Of a stretch of DNA of 64,000 bases, positions 14,202 to 41,187 are shown piece by piece. Origin of the DNA: Chrysomallon squamiferum (lineage: Eukaryota; Animalia; Mollusca); contig CM022665.1 of assembly GCA_012295275.1 (NCBI GenBank), positions 930,001-994,000 on the forward strand. Direction: 5' to 3'. Under the pieces are notes generated by a model. The model worked only from the letters and a program-made list of their open reading frames with translations. It made no database searches and had not been told where the DNA came from. Position numbers and translations under genes: made by a program. Positions within the stretch are counted from its first letter, which is position 1; each line of letters begins with the position of its first letter.

Positions 14202-16339
14202 CTTCTTACAATAAAACAATCACCTCAAATTGACCGAATGTTGTTTGTATAGATCTGAATCTAAAATAAATAATTTTTCATAGGTACCAACGTGTTTTTG
14301 TTAGTTAAACAGAACTTATGAACACAAAAAAAAAAAAAAAAAAAAAAAAAAAATAATATTTTCTTACATCTTGTTCACCTTTTGAGTATGATATGGACAT
14401 AAAAAACTCTCACCACATAGTAAAGTTCAATACTGGCCTTAATTTAAAACCTATCAAATGGATTTGCTTCACATTTTGAGTTAATAAAGACAATAAAGTG
14501 TTCTATAATTAACTTTAATTTCAAATATAATCAGAGGAATACTGAGCTAAATTTGTATTTGGCATTAACATGGTAGCTATAAACTAGCATGCAACTGTTC
14601 TAAACTGAAAGCCTGCATATATTGAACTAACACTGTAACAATTTCAAATCCAAACTTATGTGATTATCAAACAGTAAATCACCAACATATAATATGCACT
14701 TGTGATTTGCCAGCTGTATTTTGATCTTGTACCTTTGAGGTTTGTATCCTAGAATTTATTACTTGCACTAGCAGAAAGTAAGTAAAATATGAATATTCAG
14801 CTGTACTTTTTACTGATTGTTATATTTTATTATTATTATTTCTGGTACAAATTGTTCCTCCTCCATTAACTATGTGACAGTCTTCAACTTCTTGCCATTG
14901 TCAGTTACTTTCAGACTAGCATTCGAGACATATCTACGTTTTGTTTGCTGGATGTGATATGTCGAAGAATATTTCTTAACTTTCTCTCTATAGCTTGAAT
15001 TATTTGAATTAAAACAAAATAAGGTGTTTCAGTTGTTAACACTGAAAGTGAAGCAAGTCGTAGAAGCTACAGGTTGATTTTCAAGTGTCAATCGAAGCTA
15101 ACTTTGGCAGCATGTCACTGGAAACCCCTCTGAAGTTCAAAAGGTAAACTGCAAAAATTATTTTAAAATATAAAGATTTTTGTTTTTTCTTAAATTTCAA
15201 AACAAAATAAAAGACAAGCTAATGTCACAATCTGTTTCAGCACTAAAAAGTGAAAGAAATATCTTTCTTTTTAAGTGAATTAGATTCCTCATATATTTGC
15301 CAAGTTCAGTAATTAGGGTCTTTTTCAGATCAGAATATACATGTTTAATTTGAAATACCATTCAAATGGAAATTGAACAAGCATTCAAATGATACTAAAA
15401 GTGGAGGCCATAAGCTCACTGTTATATAACATAATTTCAGTTTGAACACATTTTTTTTTTTTTAAATTTTATTTTTTTCTCTTATTCCCATCTTGCAACA
15501 AATCATTAGAAAGATCATTTTATTAGCTTTTCAGCAGTACTAAAAACAGCCATAGAGTATGTCAACATTCACAGCCTGCCACCATGCATGTTAGGTTACA
15601 GTTTACAGTATGAATCATTTGCATGCTCAATGTTTAAAATGTCTTTGAAATGTTTTTCAAATATGGATTACACATTTACTGAATAACTCATGATCAAACA
15701 AACAACACACAATTCAAGAGCAAATCTTCATCTTTATTTCCATATAGTTCATGTCACAGGTTGTTTTAAGCTGAGTTAAAAGAAGTTAAATACATCACTT
15801 TTGCACATTTTGTGTAGTGAGGAGCTCAACTGTAACGCTCAGCTGTCACCCATTATTAGGCTTGTAAACAAAACAAGAAACTCAACAGTTTTTTGTGTTT
15901 TTTTATAATTATTTTGAAGTTTGTGATTTGATTTCCACTTTCCATGTAATAAATAAATTTACTATATAAATGTGTTAAATTTATTTTATTTTTTCACAAA
16001 TCAGTTTACTTTTTTAAAACTTAAGTAGAAATAATGGTTTTTAAGATATAGCATGAAAAACATGCATTAGTTAGTTAATGGGACTGAATCAGGCACTTTC
16101 ATTATGTCACAACCCAAAATCACCAAAAAGAGTAATATGTGAGTATGACTACTATTTGGATATTATAAAAATGGATCCCCTAGGCTCTACATCTGAAAAA
16201 TTAAGAATGTTACTTTTTCATTTCTGGGCATCATCATGGGTCAACATTATTGACATTAATCAAATCTGTTGTTCAGATGAAATTAACAATGATTATTATA
16301 TTAACCTTGTTTACAAAAAACATTGTAAATTCTAAAAGA

Positions 16340-16500
16340 ATACTTAGAATTGCTCTTGCTGTATTCTATAACAACCATAACAACGACATAAGAAACAAAG
16401 ACGACAACGAAGAAAGTGTAAACTCTTTACAGGGATTTCCCCAAAATACATGAGTGACAGGAAGTAACTCGGTTTAGGCCTACTCTCTCATTTTCTGTCT
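16340..16500 (-). promoter_or_regulatory. Candidate VPS13D promoter / non-coding first exon
   Basis: The ATG-containing exon starts after an acceptor (TTTTAG at 14261-14266), so a 5' UTR exon must lie upstream. CpG depletion ends near 16.35 kb, and an ETS-type CAGGAAGT motif lies at 16458-16465. The location is inferred. Confidence 0.35.
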
Positions 16501-17786
16501 CACTAACGATAAATATATCCACTGCAGTTCATTTCACTAACAAATAGGCCATCTTCAATTAAATGTAAAAGTTTAAATATGTCCAAATGAATTTGACAGA
16601 GTTGTACAACATATTAATTACTATCATGCCCAAGATGTTACCTATACCATGTATATGATACAAAATACAGTGAACGGGTGGTTGGATGAAGTATTCATGT
16701 ATCGGTGAAAGACGACATAATTTTAATAAAAGTAATATTTAAAATGACATGGCAATGGTTAGATAGATATATTATTAAATTTTACAGACGTTTTGAATGT
16801 AACCATATACACACCTTCATTGTATTATATCAAAAGTAAATGTGACACGGTCTCGGTCCATTTCTTTGGTGTTAGATTCTGAATGAAATACATGACGACA
16901 TTCAGCAGTTTCGTTTCAATAAAAATAATAGTGGACTGGTTTCTAATCTTTTTACAATTTCAAAAGTTTCCGTAAGTGTAGAAAATGAATGTTACCAGTC
17001 TATAACGAAAGACAACTCTTTGTGGTAACCTTGCACCGCTGAATACTAATGAAAATTTAACCACCAATGTACCTGTTTAATTATATTTGTATGAAGTATT
17101 GTACGTTCCAATGCATCGCAATTATCATTAGAATTTTCATAAAATACCCGTAACTTTATCCAGTGTATTGTCGAAGGCTTCGTTAAAAATGTACTCATAA
17201 TCACATTCTAATGTATACTGTAAATGCAAATAAATAGCGATGGATGCCCTGACTATTGACATATTGTTATTAAAATATTTATATATATATTTGTATGAAT
17301 GTTTATTTAATTTTTTAATTTTAAGGCTTTTTGTTCCTCGTCTTTTTCACTATTTGTAGGCGTACTTACTATAACATAATAATGTAAAATGCTAGTGTAA
17401 TTTTAGTGCTATAAATAAATAAATAATAAAAATGGAAGAAAAGAAACTGTGCATTAGTTTATGATTAATCTTGCATGAATAACTAATTAGCTCTTAGCCA
17501 CATAAATTATTATTAGTACCATTATTATTATTAGTTGTAGGAGTTTCAGAATAGCTGAGTTGATCATTATAGTGAATAATTATCGTTTTCTTATCTGTAT
17601 ATTAAAATGCAAACATTAAAAGTATATTGCTTTTGCTCATCGAGTGTAATGGGTTTTTTTTTAATTATTATTTTACTATTATTTTTTTTTTTATGCTAAC
17701 AGAAATACATATGAGGTCAGAAAACCGTAATCTGCAAATATTAACGTACTTTTAGATCATTTGCTGATTTGACTTTCTAAAATTAA

Positions 17787-17817
<31 letters not shown>

Positions 17818-18429
17818 TCATTCATTCATTTTATATATTTTTATTATGTTTATTTATGTATTCATTTTTTTTTAATTATTATTATTATTATTTTCGCTCG
17901 TACTTATTTATAGTACAGGAATAGACTGGAACCACTCGTGCAAATATTGGCGCAGTTTTAAGTCAAATAATATAATGATTTGATTTTGCTAACTATTGAA
18001 AAAAAAAAAAAAAAAAAAAAAAAATTCATAGAATTTTTTTATTTCAGTAATACGGATTATGGCGACAATTAACAAGTGGATAATCTGGAATTCATTCATA
18101 AAAAACGTATTCTCGGAAACTGTTCACCAAAGATAGAGAACAAAAAAACAAGCAAACCTATATTGTATGTATTACCTGAAAATATTAGTTTATAAACATA
18201 AACCCTGGTTATACCTATTCCCTGTAACAGATGTGTGTGTGTGTTTTTATTTATTTATTTATATAGCTCTTTGTTTTGTCACACTCTTCCGTTTGATTAA
18301 TTTTCTTTCTGAATTGTACATTCAGCACAAAAAGGTTGATTCGAACAATAAAGAAATAAAACAATCATTATTAAATAAATAAATAATAAACAAAAGAGAG
18401 AACAAAACTATATATCACACAGAATAAAC

Positions 18430-18435
18430 TTTATT
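18430..18435 (-). terminator. Candidate TPH polyadenylation signal (AATAAA), implying a ~1.7-kb 3' UTR
   Basis: AATAAA on the minus strand followed by a GT/T-rich downstream tract (GTGTGATATATAGTTTTGTTCTCTCTTTTGTTT). Other AATAAA hexamers exist nearby. Confidence 0.35.
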
Positions 18436-20102
18436 TAGAATCTATTATTTACATAAAACATAAATAATTTAACTACAGTAGCCTAGAAACAGGTAAAACA
18501 TCACTTATCATTTTCAACAAATAACTGAATATCATTATCCAAACTGTTAAAGTTTTAAAGACAAAATATCCATTTATATATCTCACTATCAAGATAAAAT
18601 GTAGCATTAAAATACATCAGAATATCGATTTAAATTAAAAAAAATAAAAAAAAAAATAACTGCGGCAATAACCACGACTGATAATTATTCGTCAAATTTA
18701 GTAATATAAAATTATTTTTTTTTAAAATGCAATTATAATTGGTTTTAGCTTTATTATTATTATTTTACTGAACTCAAAACAAAACCAAATAATAATAATA
18801 ATAATAATTTCATTTGTAATCAATAATTATAATTCACTGATGTTGGAAACGGGTTAATTTAGCGCTTAATAGATACCCTTAAATTTCTAGGGGAAAACAT
18901 TTGTAACATAATGTAAATACACAAATATATTATTTCAAACAAAATTGTATGCTTAAAAGTCTTATGCATCTCCATGATGGCACCAAAATGAAACAGGTGA
19001 CAAAAATACAATGGCTTCAGAATGTTTCTGCAGTTTAAAAAACCCCAGAAGATGTGAGAAAAAAAGTTGATTAACAGAGAATTTTGCAATGATATTAATT
19101 CTTTATACAACACCAATTAATAACAAACCTACAATGCTTCTTTTGAAATTAATTGGGTAATATTATTAATTAACAGTTTGTATTATTAACTGGTATTGTT
19201 AATCAGTGATAAGTATTATAGTTTAATTTTATTACTCAGTATTGTGGTGTTAGTTGATAGTTTAGTATTATTAATCAGTGGTGTAATAGTAATAATCGAT
19301 AGTGTAGTCATGTACATTATTTACTGGTGGTGCAATACTGCTAATCGTAATCAGTGGATTAGTCTTATTAACATGTAATGGAATGGTATTGGCTGATAGG
19401 TACTTGGATCTTCTTTACCTGGAATTAGTTTGGGTGATGTTAAGATCACACTTTTCTCTCTAACCTAAAATGGTGTCTTAGGCAGAGAACCTTTGGGTCC
19501 GTGACAAACGTACCTGAACATTCTGTGGTCTTAAACAAATTTCAAAATGCTTGACACACTCATGACAGAAAATCCTCAGTTAAACCCAAGAGCCAAATTA
19601 TAACCGTTTTATTTGTTAACCATAAAGCAATATCTAAACTTAGCTTTAATTAATTGTATTTAAATGTTACTGGTGTACATACAATTAACTAATTTATTCA
19701 GTAGATGAACATGTACTTATTGATATTACGATTTTGTTTGCACTAAAAATAACCAATATGGCGTTAGTGATCCAGATTTTCAGTAGTTTCTTTACTGAAA
19801 ATGTCGTCTGATACTTTTACAAAATTGTTTTTTTTAACAAAACAGTCTGCTATGCATTACAAGTATTAATTTCTTTGGTTAAAAGATTCTCATTGAAAGT
19901 AATTTTCTTGTAGCACCTATGATATAACTTATATTTCTTAATAATTTAATGAAATTTATTTTTTGTCCATTAAAACTGGTTTTCAACCAGTAACAAAAAC
20001 TCTAATTATGTATCCAACAATAGTTCAAAAAGCATTTCATAATGCCGCCGTTTAGTTTAGCCAACCAAAATAGGGCTTTCATTTTTTTCCGGCGGGATCC
20101 AA

Positions 20103-32751
<12,649 letters not shown>

Positions 32752-33009
32752 GGGGACAGACGACAGCACGGACGTTGTACCTTTGACGGTATATTTGAAA
32801 ACCTCCACGCAGTTCCCCGTGATGGCGTTTTAAGTGAATGTCACACAGATAATATGATTTGCAATAACTTTAAAAAAATACAAAAAAAAATTGTTTTTGT
32901 TTTTGAAAGTGGAAGAAACACAATTTGTTTTTTCCTTTCAGTACATTCGAATTTGAACCGAAAAATACGAGCTCATCGGATTGTGCGATGCCAGAGGTGT
33001 AAATGTGAA

Positions 33010-33290
33010 CTGGCAAAAACTGTGAACGAAGTCTGAATATATAGAGGAACGCGCCTACAGGCAGGTAATTAACGCCAAACAGAGAAATGCGAGGGAGTCA
33101 CGGGATCTGACAAATTATTCACAGATAACCTCGAGTAGCCAAACAGAAAGAGCTGTTACTTTGAATTGCATTTTAACGGAAAGTCATTACTTTGTTTCGA
33201 TTACAAATGATCTCAAAGTAGGGGTTTCTTGCACGCCGACCAATACCATTTGAGCGGTTCATTCAACCAGAATAGATCACGTGACATAGT
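33010..33290 (-). promoter_or_regulatory. TPH core/proximal promoter: TATA box and palindromic E-box
   Basis: CTATATATT on the minus strand at ~33037-33044, about 290 bp upstream of the ATG. An Inr-like CCAGTT lies ~30 bp downstream of it, and TCACGTGA lies at ~33277-33284. Confidence 0.5.
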
Positions 33291-33542
33291 CTATGGCGTT
33301 AGAAGAGATGGCAGACTCAGATGACAAGACGCACGTATCATGTACCCCCCACCACCACCACCACCACCGATATCAGAAGTATTAGCAAAGACAATGTTCA
33401 TTCATATTTGGCTATGAAAAACAGAAAACGAAATGAATCGCGTGGTGTATTTAAATCTGGGGATTAATGCATAATTCATATCCGCAAATTTAAACTGGAA
33501 ATATCGCAAGCAAATTTACACATCATTTGAATTTGACATTTG

Positions 33543-33546
<4 letters not shown>

Positions 33547-33622
<76 letters not shown>
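33547..33622. repeat. (TC)n microsatellite
   Basis: Direct read. Confidence 0.95.
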
Positions 33623-33626
<4 letters not shown>

Positions 33627-34213
33627 ATTCTCTATGTTATTAAAAAAAACCTCCATAAGAATATAAACCCAAAATAAACAAATACAGTATGATTTTTTAT
33701 TTATTTATTTACACACATAGAAAAAACAAAAAGAATAATTTATTCATTTTTATTTTCATTTTATAAATTGTAATTCACAATTTCATACTTACTTACATTT
33801 AATTTGTGTGGATCTTACTGTCATTTTTAATATTTAATAATTAATTTTATGGAGAAAAAAAAAACAACAACAAAAAAGCCCCACAGTAAATGAAGTCATT
33901 TACAGAATAGTTAACGATCAACGCCGTGTCTCTTTTAACACTCGTTTTTTAATCAAGACAGATGAATTGTCTAACAGTATATTAACAGGATGTCACTAAT
34001 CAAAGGTGTTTATTAATAATTACCAGTTAATTATCGAAGTATTTCGTCATGTTACACATTGTTATCAACATACACCCCGACAATGTTCTGACTGAACCGA
34101 GAAATTTAATTACAACTCATATAACAGAATAGTTTATTGGCTTTCGACTCATAGGAACACGTTTCATACTTTAACAATGACAAGTGGTGAATGTGGGAGG
34201 ATGGACAATTATA

Positions 34214-34252
<39 letters not shown>

Positions 34253-34924
34253 CATAATAATGTGTAAATAAAAAAGATTCTGAATAATAATAACATCATA
34301 AAGAGAACAATAAAAATAATTTCAGGTAAAACAAAAATTTATATAAAAACAATACAAATAAAGAATAATTAACTAACACAGTTAACAAAAGGAAAGAAAC
34401 AAATAAACATTTGAACAATAAATAAATAAATAAATAAATACAGATGTAATAGTTTGAAAAATGTGTTACACAAAGTAATTTGACGTGTTTATAATGTGTC
34501 TATTTGCAGTATCACAATAGCTGTTGTCAGGTAGATCACGTTCATTGACACGAATCACACGCGTGTTTTCACAAGTGTGTTATGTAAGCGAGGTGTAAAT
34601 TAGAATCTCAGGTAAACTGTTTATCAACACAGGATGTGCACACCTGCCGTCCTCTTCTTGCTTGTTATTTTCTTCTTTGTATTTAGTATTTTTCTTTGTG
34701 CGTTTTTGTACACGTGCGTCAAAATGTATTTGTCTGCGTGTCCATTTATATGTTTGTGTATATATCTCTCATTTTGTGTATAAATAATGAAGACACTGGA
34801 TTATTTATTGATCATGTCTGTCTGGTGATTTCTTGTTAAATATTTTTTAATTTTTAATTTAAAAATGAAGTGAGAGAAAGTAAGAGAGATAACATAATAT
34901 TAAGTAATTTATTTTTAACCAAAA

Positions 34925-34932
<8 letters not shown>

Positions 34933-35001
<69 letters not shown>
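34933..35001. repeat. (GA)n microsatellite
   Basis: Direct read. Confidence 0.95.
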
Positions 35002-35004
<3 letters not shown>

Positions 35005-36730
35005 AAACAACAACAAAACAATAAAAAGCAACACTAATCGCCCCGTACCCCTAAAAAAGAAAAAAAAGAAAAAGCAACAAACAAATAAATAATTAAATCC
35101 TTTAAAAATCTTAAAATGTTGAAACTAAACATTCAAACAAATAAATACACAAAACAAACAAAATCAGAACATGTTTCAAATTATTTTTCTAAACTAAACC
35201 GATATAAAATAAAAGTAAGAAAACTAAATGTAGAAAAGATATATATATATATTTGGAATTTCTGTCTTTAAATTGAACCTATCTTCAGACCTGATCAAGT
35301 ATCAGTGGATATAATTAAACAGCTGAGTTACCCATCATATGAAAATATTAGAGAAAATCCTCCTACATACACATTAACCCCAGTCGGTAATTAACCATTT
35401 GAAACGGTAATCCGGTTATAATTGGCTGGGTATCTCCGACAGCGCGCCTTCCACGATAACACGATTCCGCCGATGTCTCTCTGACGTCAGTCGGGACTAT
35501 TAGACTTAGAAATAGTGGCTGTTATCAAATGGATATTTTTGTCTGTTTAGGATTAGGTATCAGGACCAGGTTTACAACTCAAGAAGACGATTTGCTAGCT
35601 TGCTTCGAAATAATTTAAAAAATAGTGTTTTCTAGGGGTCAAATCAATTTGTTCTTGGACCAAATACTGACGTCATTGCTATTTTGTTTTTTCAGTCACT
35701 TTTGATACCTTTTTTTTTTCTCTCTCTCATACTTTGGTGCAGAAAAATGTAAATAAACATTTGGTTTCAAATAAATAATGAACAATGGGATAAAATATAT
35801 TACTCTTTTCATTTTAGTCGTTTTTTGTTATAACGTGGACTACGATATTTTGATTCGCAGATTTATGTATTCATAGTGTTGTCTTTGGGCTGTTTCCTGA
35901 CTCATCTCTTCCTCATGCATAGTTAAGAAATAATATGATATGTACAGTTATCATTATTGGAAGGTGAAAGCTTCAATGTGTTTTGCTTCAAGAACAGCCC
36001 ATTTAGTGATTTAGTTTCTAATATCATCTTCATACAGGATAAATACAAATGTTACCTAACATAAATATTAAAACAAGAAGTCTTAATGAAAACTGCGACA
36101 TATACAAATAACATTTCTCCATAAGATAGAAAATCACAGTTAAACAGAAAAGTAGATATGAAAAAAGAAACAAAGAAAAACAAGAGGAAAAAAATAATTT
36201 AAAGAACGAATATTTTATTTAACAAAAAGTTGTTATTGTTTCAAACCCTGTCACTTTGGGCATAATTTAAACTACAGATTATATTTCTCTTCCCCAAATG
36301 AGCATTTAATAGGGTTTATATAAAACATTTGCATTTTTAAACACCGAACTGTGTGAAATTTTCTAATAAAATATGATCTTTTTAATAAAAGGATTAATTA
36401 TTTATAATATATTTAGCATTTGCTTATCATCAAGAAAACAATGGAAAAAAACACCATTTCTTTTTTTAACCCTCCACAGAAGTCTATTCTGCCCGTATTA
36501 AGAGCTTGTCATGAAATCAGGAGAGGATCAATGATATTTTCTCCCCCGTCCTCCCACAAAACCGAATAAAAATACCAGACAAATGAATAAAATTTCCATA
36601 CACAATTAACCTTCGGCCTGAATATATAAATATATTTACTCTTTGGTGCCAGTTTTTCCCTGATGGTTTAACCATGAATTTCTCATTCAAACTAATTTTC
36701 AGTTCGATTTAAATGAAATCTGCATTGTGC

Positions 36731-36842
<112 letters not shown>

Positions 36843-37145
36843 TGATTAAAAGAAAAAACGAAAAAACGAAGAAGAAGAAGAATTTCTCGCATATTTTTAT
36901 CATTTTCATCAAGACATTGTATTGCCCATGTTCTTCTTCTTTTTTTCTTATATAATAATAATAATAATAATTATTATTATTATTAATACTGTTATTATTT
37001 CATTAATGATAATAATAATAATTACACTTTCTATTATACTATATATATTATTTTCTCTTGGTTAGTCAGTGGCCAAGATTTTAGTGTACGAATTAAATAT
37101 TTATTCTAAGTGTATAAGCAGACCCCCCACACACACACACACAAA

Positions 37146-37177
<32 letters not shown>

Positions 37178-38249
37178 ACACACACACACACACATTGCAT
37201 TTTTCGTTCGTTTGTTTCTTTTCTTTGAATATTAATGTTGCGTTTTGATGATTTCGCTACATTTTCAGGAAAGTATCACACTGCAGCATTAGTTTGCTAA
37301 ATCAGAAGTGTTCACTCTGCTGATAAGAATCGCAGGTCTTCTTCTTATTCTTTCCTTCTTTCTTTCTTTCTTCCTTGCTCTGTTATTATTTATTTATTTA
37401 TTTGTTTGTTTTTCAATAACGATGTTTAGTAAATAGACTAAATTGTTTTGGATCATCTCCCTTACTGAAATCACGCATGGTTGCCAGTGACAATGAGTAC
37501 TGTCCCTTTAACGTAATCTCATTGTGCATTTATCGCTATTGAAAATAAATCTGCTTACATAAAATATATTTATTTATTTATTTATTTATTTATTTATTAT
37601 TTTTATTATTTATTAAAGTTTTATTATTTATAAATATGCATCTATTAATATATTCGGCATGTATGGCTATATAAATAAACTATGTGATCTGAATACGTTA
37701 CATACATACTCATTGATTTAGTAAAGCATAATTCACTGAGGAGACATATATAACAGAGAATGTAAAAAACTGATAAAAATATAAAGTGAAAAGAAAAACA
37801 AATCAACAGAAATATTTCAAGGCTATTCTCTTGGTAAATACTTTTAATTACTTTTACGTACTAGTCAAACTGATAGGCAATATTAATACAACAACATTTT
37901 ATAAGTTATCCATTTCCAGTTTTTCTCTCGATTATGTGAATGCAACCTATTTCAATAAAACTGCTCTACAAAAGTGTGAAAGTTCATCTTCAATTCCATA
38001 TGGAATTTCGTAAACAACAAAGTCAAACAAAACAGTGATTTCAAAAAATTAATAATACTGAACAAAAGTGGTTTTCAGTTACAAAAGTACGTATATAATG
38101 AGTATGGAATTGTGAAATATCAATTTTGTAATACAAGCTGATCCATTGCTCATATTATGATAGTCACCACAGAGAGGAGTCAAGAATGAGTTTGTCAGTA
38201 ATTAATAATCTGTGTAAAATCAGTTGAAATCAAGTGAGCAAGTGCAAGT

Positions 38250-38578
38250 ATATATGTATGCATGTATGTATGTATGTATGTATGTATGTATGTATGTGTA
38301 TGTATGTATGTGTGTGTGTGTATGTGTGTATGTATGTATGTATGTATATATGTATGTGTATGTGTATGTATGTACGTGTATGTGTATGTTTGTATGTATG
38401 TATGTATGTATGTATGCATGTATGTATGCTTTTATGTATGTATGTATGCATTTATGTATGTAAGTATGCATGTATGCATGTGTGTATGTATGTATATATG
38501 CATGTATGCATTTATGTATGTATGTATGTATGTTTGTATGTATGTATGTATGTACGTGTATGTGTATGTTTGTATATA
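38250..38578. repeat. Degenerate (TATG)n/(TG)n microsatellite
   Basis: Direct read; it is the source of the MYVC/HTYI ORFs. Confidence 0.9.
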
Positions 38579-39372
38579 TATTTTAGTTTTGTTTCAAGTC
38601 TACCAAATATTAACAGCATCATGTCATAATTAAATTTTAAAATGGACACACTCACACAATTACATTTTGCAGATTAATATAATCCATCAATACTTATATG
38701 CTTATTTATGCATACACCCCCACACACATTCAATTACTACTATAAATAGACCTTAGTTAACATGCATTTAATTTTTTGATCTTGTCTAAATTTGAAAAAA
38801 AAGAAGAAAAACAAAAATGTCGTAGTACATAACGATACTGACGTAAAAATGTTAATAAAGAATAATTGCTTTATAACAAAGAAAGAAGATAAGTGAAAAA
38901 AAAAACAAAAAACAACAACAACAAAAAGCCAAAAAACAAACGCGTACATAAAGTATGGTAAACATTTTACAATCCTAAACGTTTTATGCTTTCTTATAAA
39001 TTCAGTTTCAGTGAATTCGTTCTTCTAGATATATTCTTTTAATAGATTCTAATATTTTTAGATATCAAACTATCTGAAACTATATGAAATAAGAAAAATA
39101 TCATAATGAAATACAGAATATCTTTTGTTTTCTTTTTTATTATTGTTGTTGTTATTTATTTATTTATTTATTCATTCATTCATTCATTTATTCAATTTTT
39201 CATTTCTTTAATGTTTTTAATTTAATACCTTAAACACATTTTCCCTAATAAATGTGTTTATATATTTTAAAATAATCATACTCATGATTTGTTTTAAAAT
39301 TTTCAATGCGATTTATCGCTTGCTTGTAGAAAAATGGAATTAACTTTTGCTGACTACTGAATACAGGATGTT

Positions 39373-41095
39373 TCAGATGTACATAGGACTAGGTTCTGTG
39401 GCACTGTCGACAGGTACGTCTGAAATGAAAACAGAAAGAAGATACACAAATAAGTATTGCAGTATCTGGGTCATCGGTGTAATGAATAAAGCCTAAGTAA
39501 TGTTTCAGTTAAAGTTATTAATAATAAAAAATAAAACAAAAACCATAAAACCCCACAAAAGCCTGACAATCAGTTTAAAAAAAAAATAATAATAAAAAGT
39601 AAAATACATACATACATACATACATACATACATACATACATACATACATACATGCATACATGCATATATATATAAATATTTTCATTTTAAAATGTATTTA
39701 TTTCTTTCATTACCTTGATTGCCTCTGAAATCCAGGATAAAATCGGCCTCCGGTTGGCAACCTCCAGACCACCCTCCACACCTTAAATCAACCCGTGATC
39801 GATCAGGAGACAGCTTCACAATCATGTACGTGTTCCAGCCGTATGTTTTCCAAATTGTCTGAAAATTATACAATTATACTTTTATAACTTATTTTATAAT
39901 TGCTTGAAGAGATCTTTATCGTTTCTGAAGTTTAGAACACACTCTGTTATATGTTTGGAATGTTTTGATGTATTTTAGATAGAGATATATATGTGTAAAT
40001 ATAGCTAAAAGTTTCGTACTAATGTGCAATTATCTTGTTAAATATTTAATGAAATGCAATTTGGATAGTATTGAAGGAACAATCTGCACCATGAGTATTT
40101 AATAACAGATGCTTAAGGTCTGCTGTGCTAAAGTATCATTATTGTTATAAATCATTTCTTGTACGCATTCTATATTATGCTTTCAAAAACTATTCTTCAA
40201 ATTCTAAATTACTAGCATAAATTCATGGGCCTTGAATAAACTGCAATTCTTAGTTGTACCCCAGTAATAGTTTTGATTTGTCCAAAGTTACTTGCTACTT
40301 ACATTTCCGCTAACAACAAATCCAGTTCCAAGGAGATCAATAGTGAATGTTCCTCTAGGCCCACCGCAGAACGGTTTGTAGTTATAATGTATGGTGTAAC
40401 AGTCTCTTGCGTCAGCGTAAGGAATTTCCTTACCCTTCACAACAGTAAATGAGTAGTCTTCTCTGTCGACCACGAAAGTCTAAAAAATACCTTACTTCAG
40501 TCTAGCATTTGAATAACGATAAAATAGTTTAATCTAAATAAATTAAAAAAAGATAAAAACGAGAAGAAAAAAAAATAGTTATGGATGGATGAATGGATAG
40601 ATAATAAAACAATGTGTGTATGCATCTAAATGCACGTATGAATGAATACATACATACATACATACATACATGCATATATCAAATAATAATTATATATAAA
40701 GATTCCTGTAGACACACATAATGATATTAACTTACTGAAATATTAACTCTGATTTTTTGGAAGATGGTAGTGCCAGGAATCGCTGAATCACTGCAGGTCC
40801 TGTTTAGTTCAACGTCACAATGTTGGTTGCTTTTGTTGGGGAAGATGCCGATGTTTGTCATGGGCAGACTAATGTACTCTCTCGGTTTAGTGGTGTTTAA
40901 GAGGCTGCAATATATCTTAACCTTTTTACCGTGTAAACTACTAGGATACAGCCAGTAGTCACCATCGACGTAATTCCTGCTACACGTCTGCAGTTCAGCG
41001 CAAGTCCCCGGGGCTGCAGAAATAAAATTCCGTTCAAAAAAAAAAAAAAAAGAAATAGAAATAATAATAATAACAATAATAATAATAATAATAAC

Positions 41096-41148
<53 letters not shown>

Positions 41149-41149
41149 C

Positions 41150-41187
<38 letters not shown>

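Noticed and set aside
14840-15145. Coding-looking stretch in the VPS13D 5' UTR intron
   Set aside because: Hand translation gave short frames with stops and no recognisable motif on either strand.
38195-38633. Cluster of overlapping ORFs (MYVC/HTYI repeats); likewise the ERER, SLSL and poly-L/I/Y ORFs elsewhere
   Set aside because: They are translations of microsatellites.
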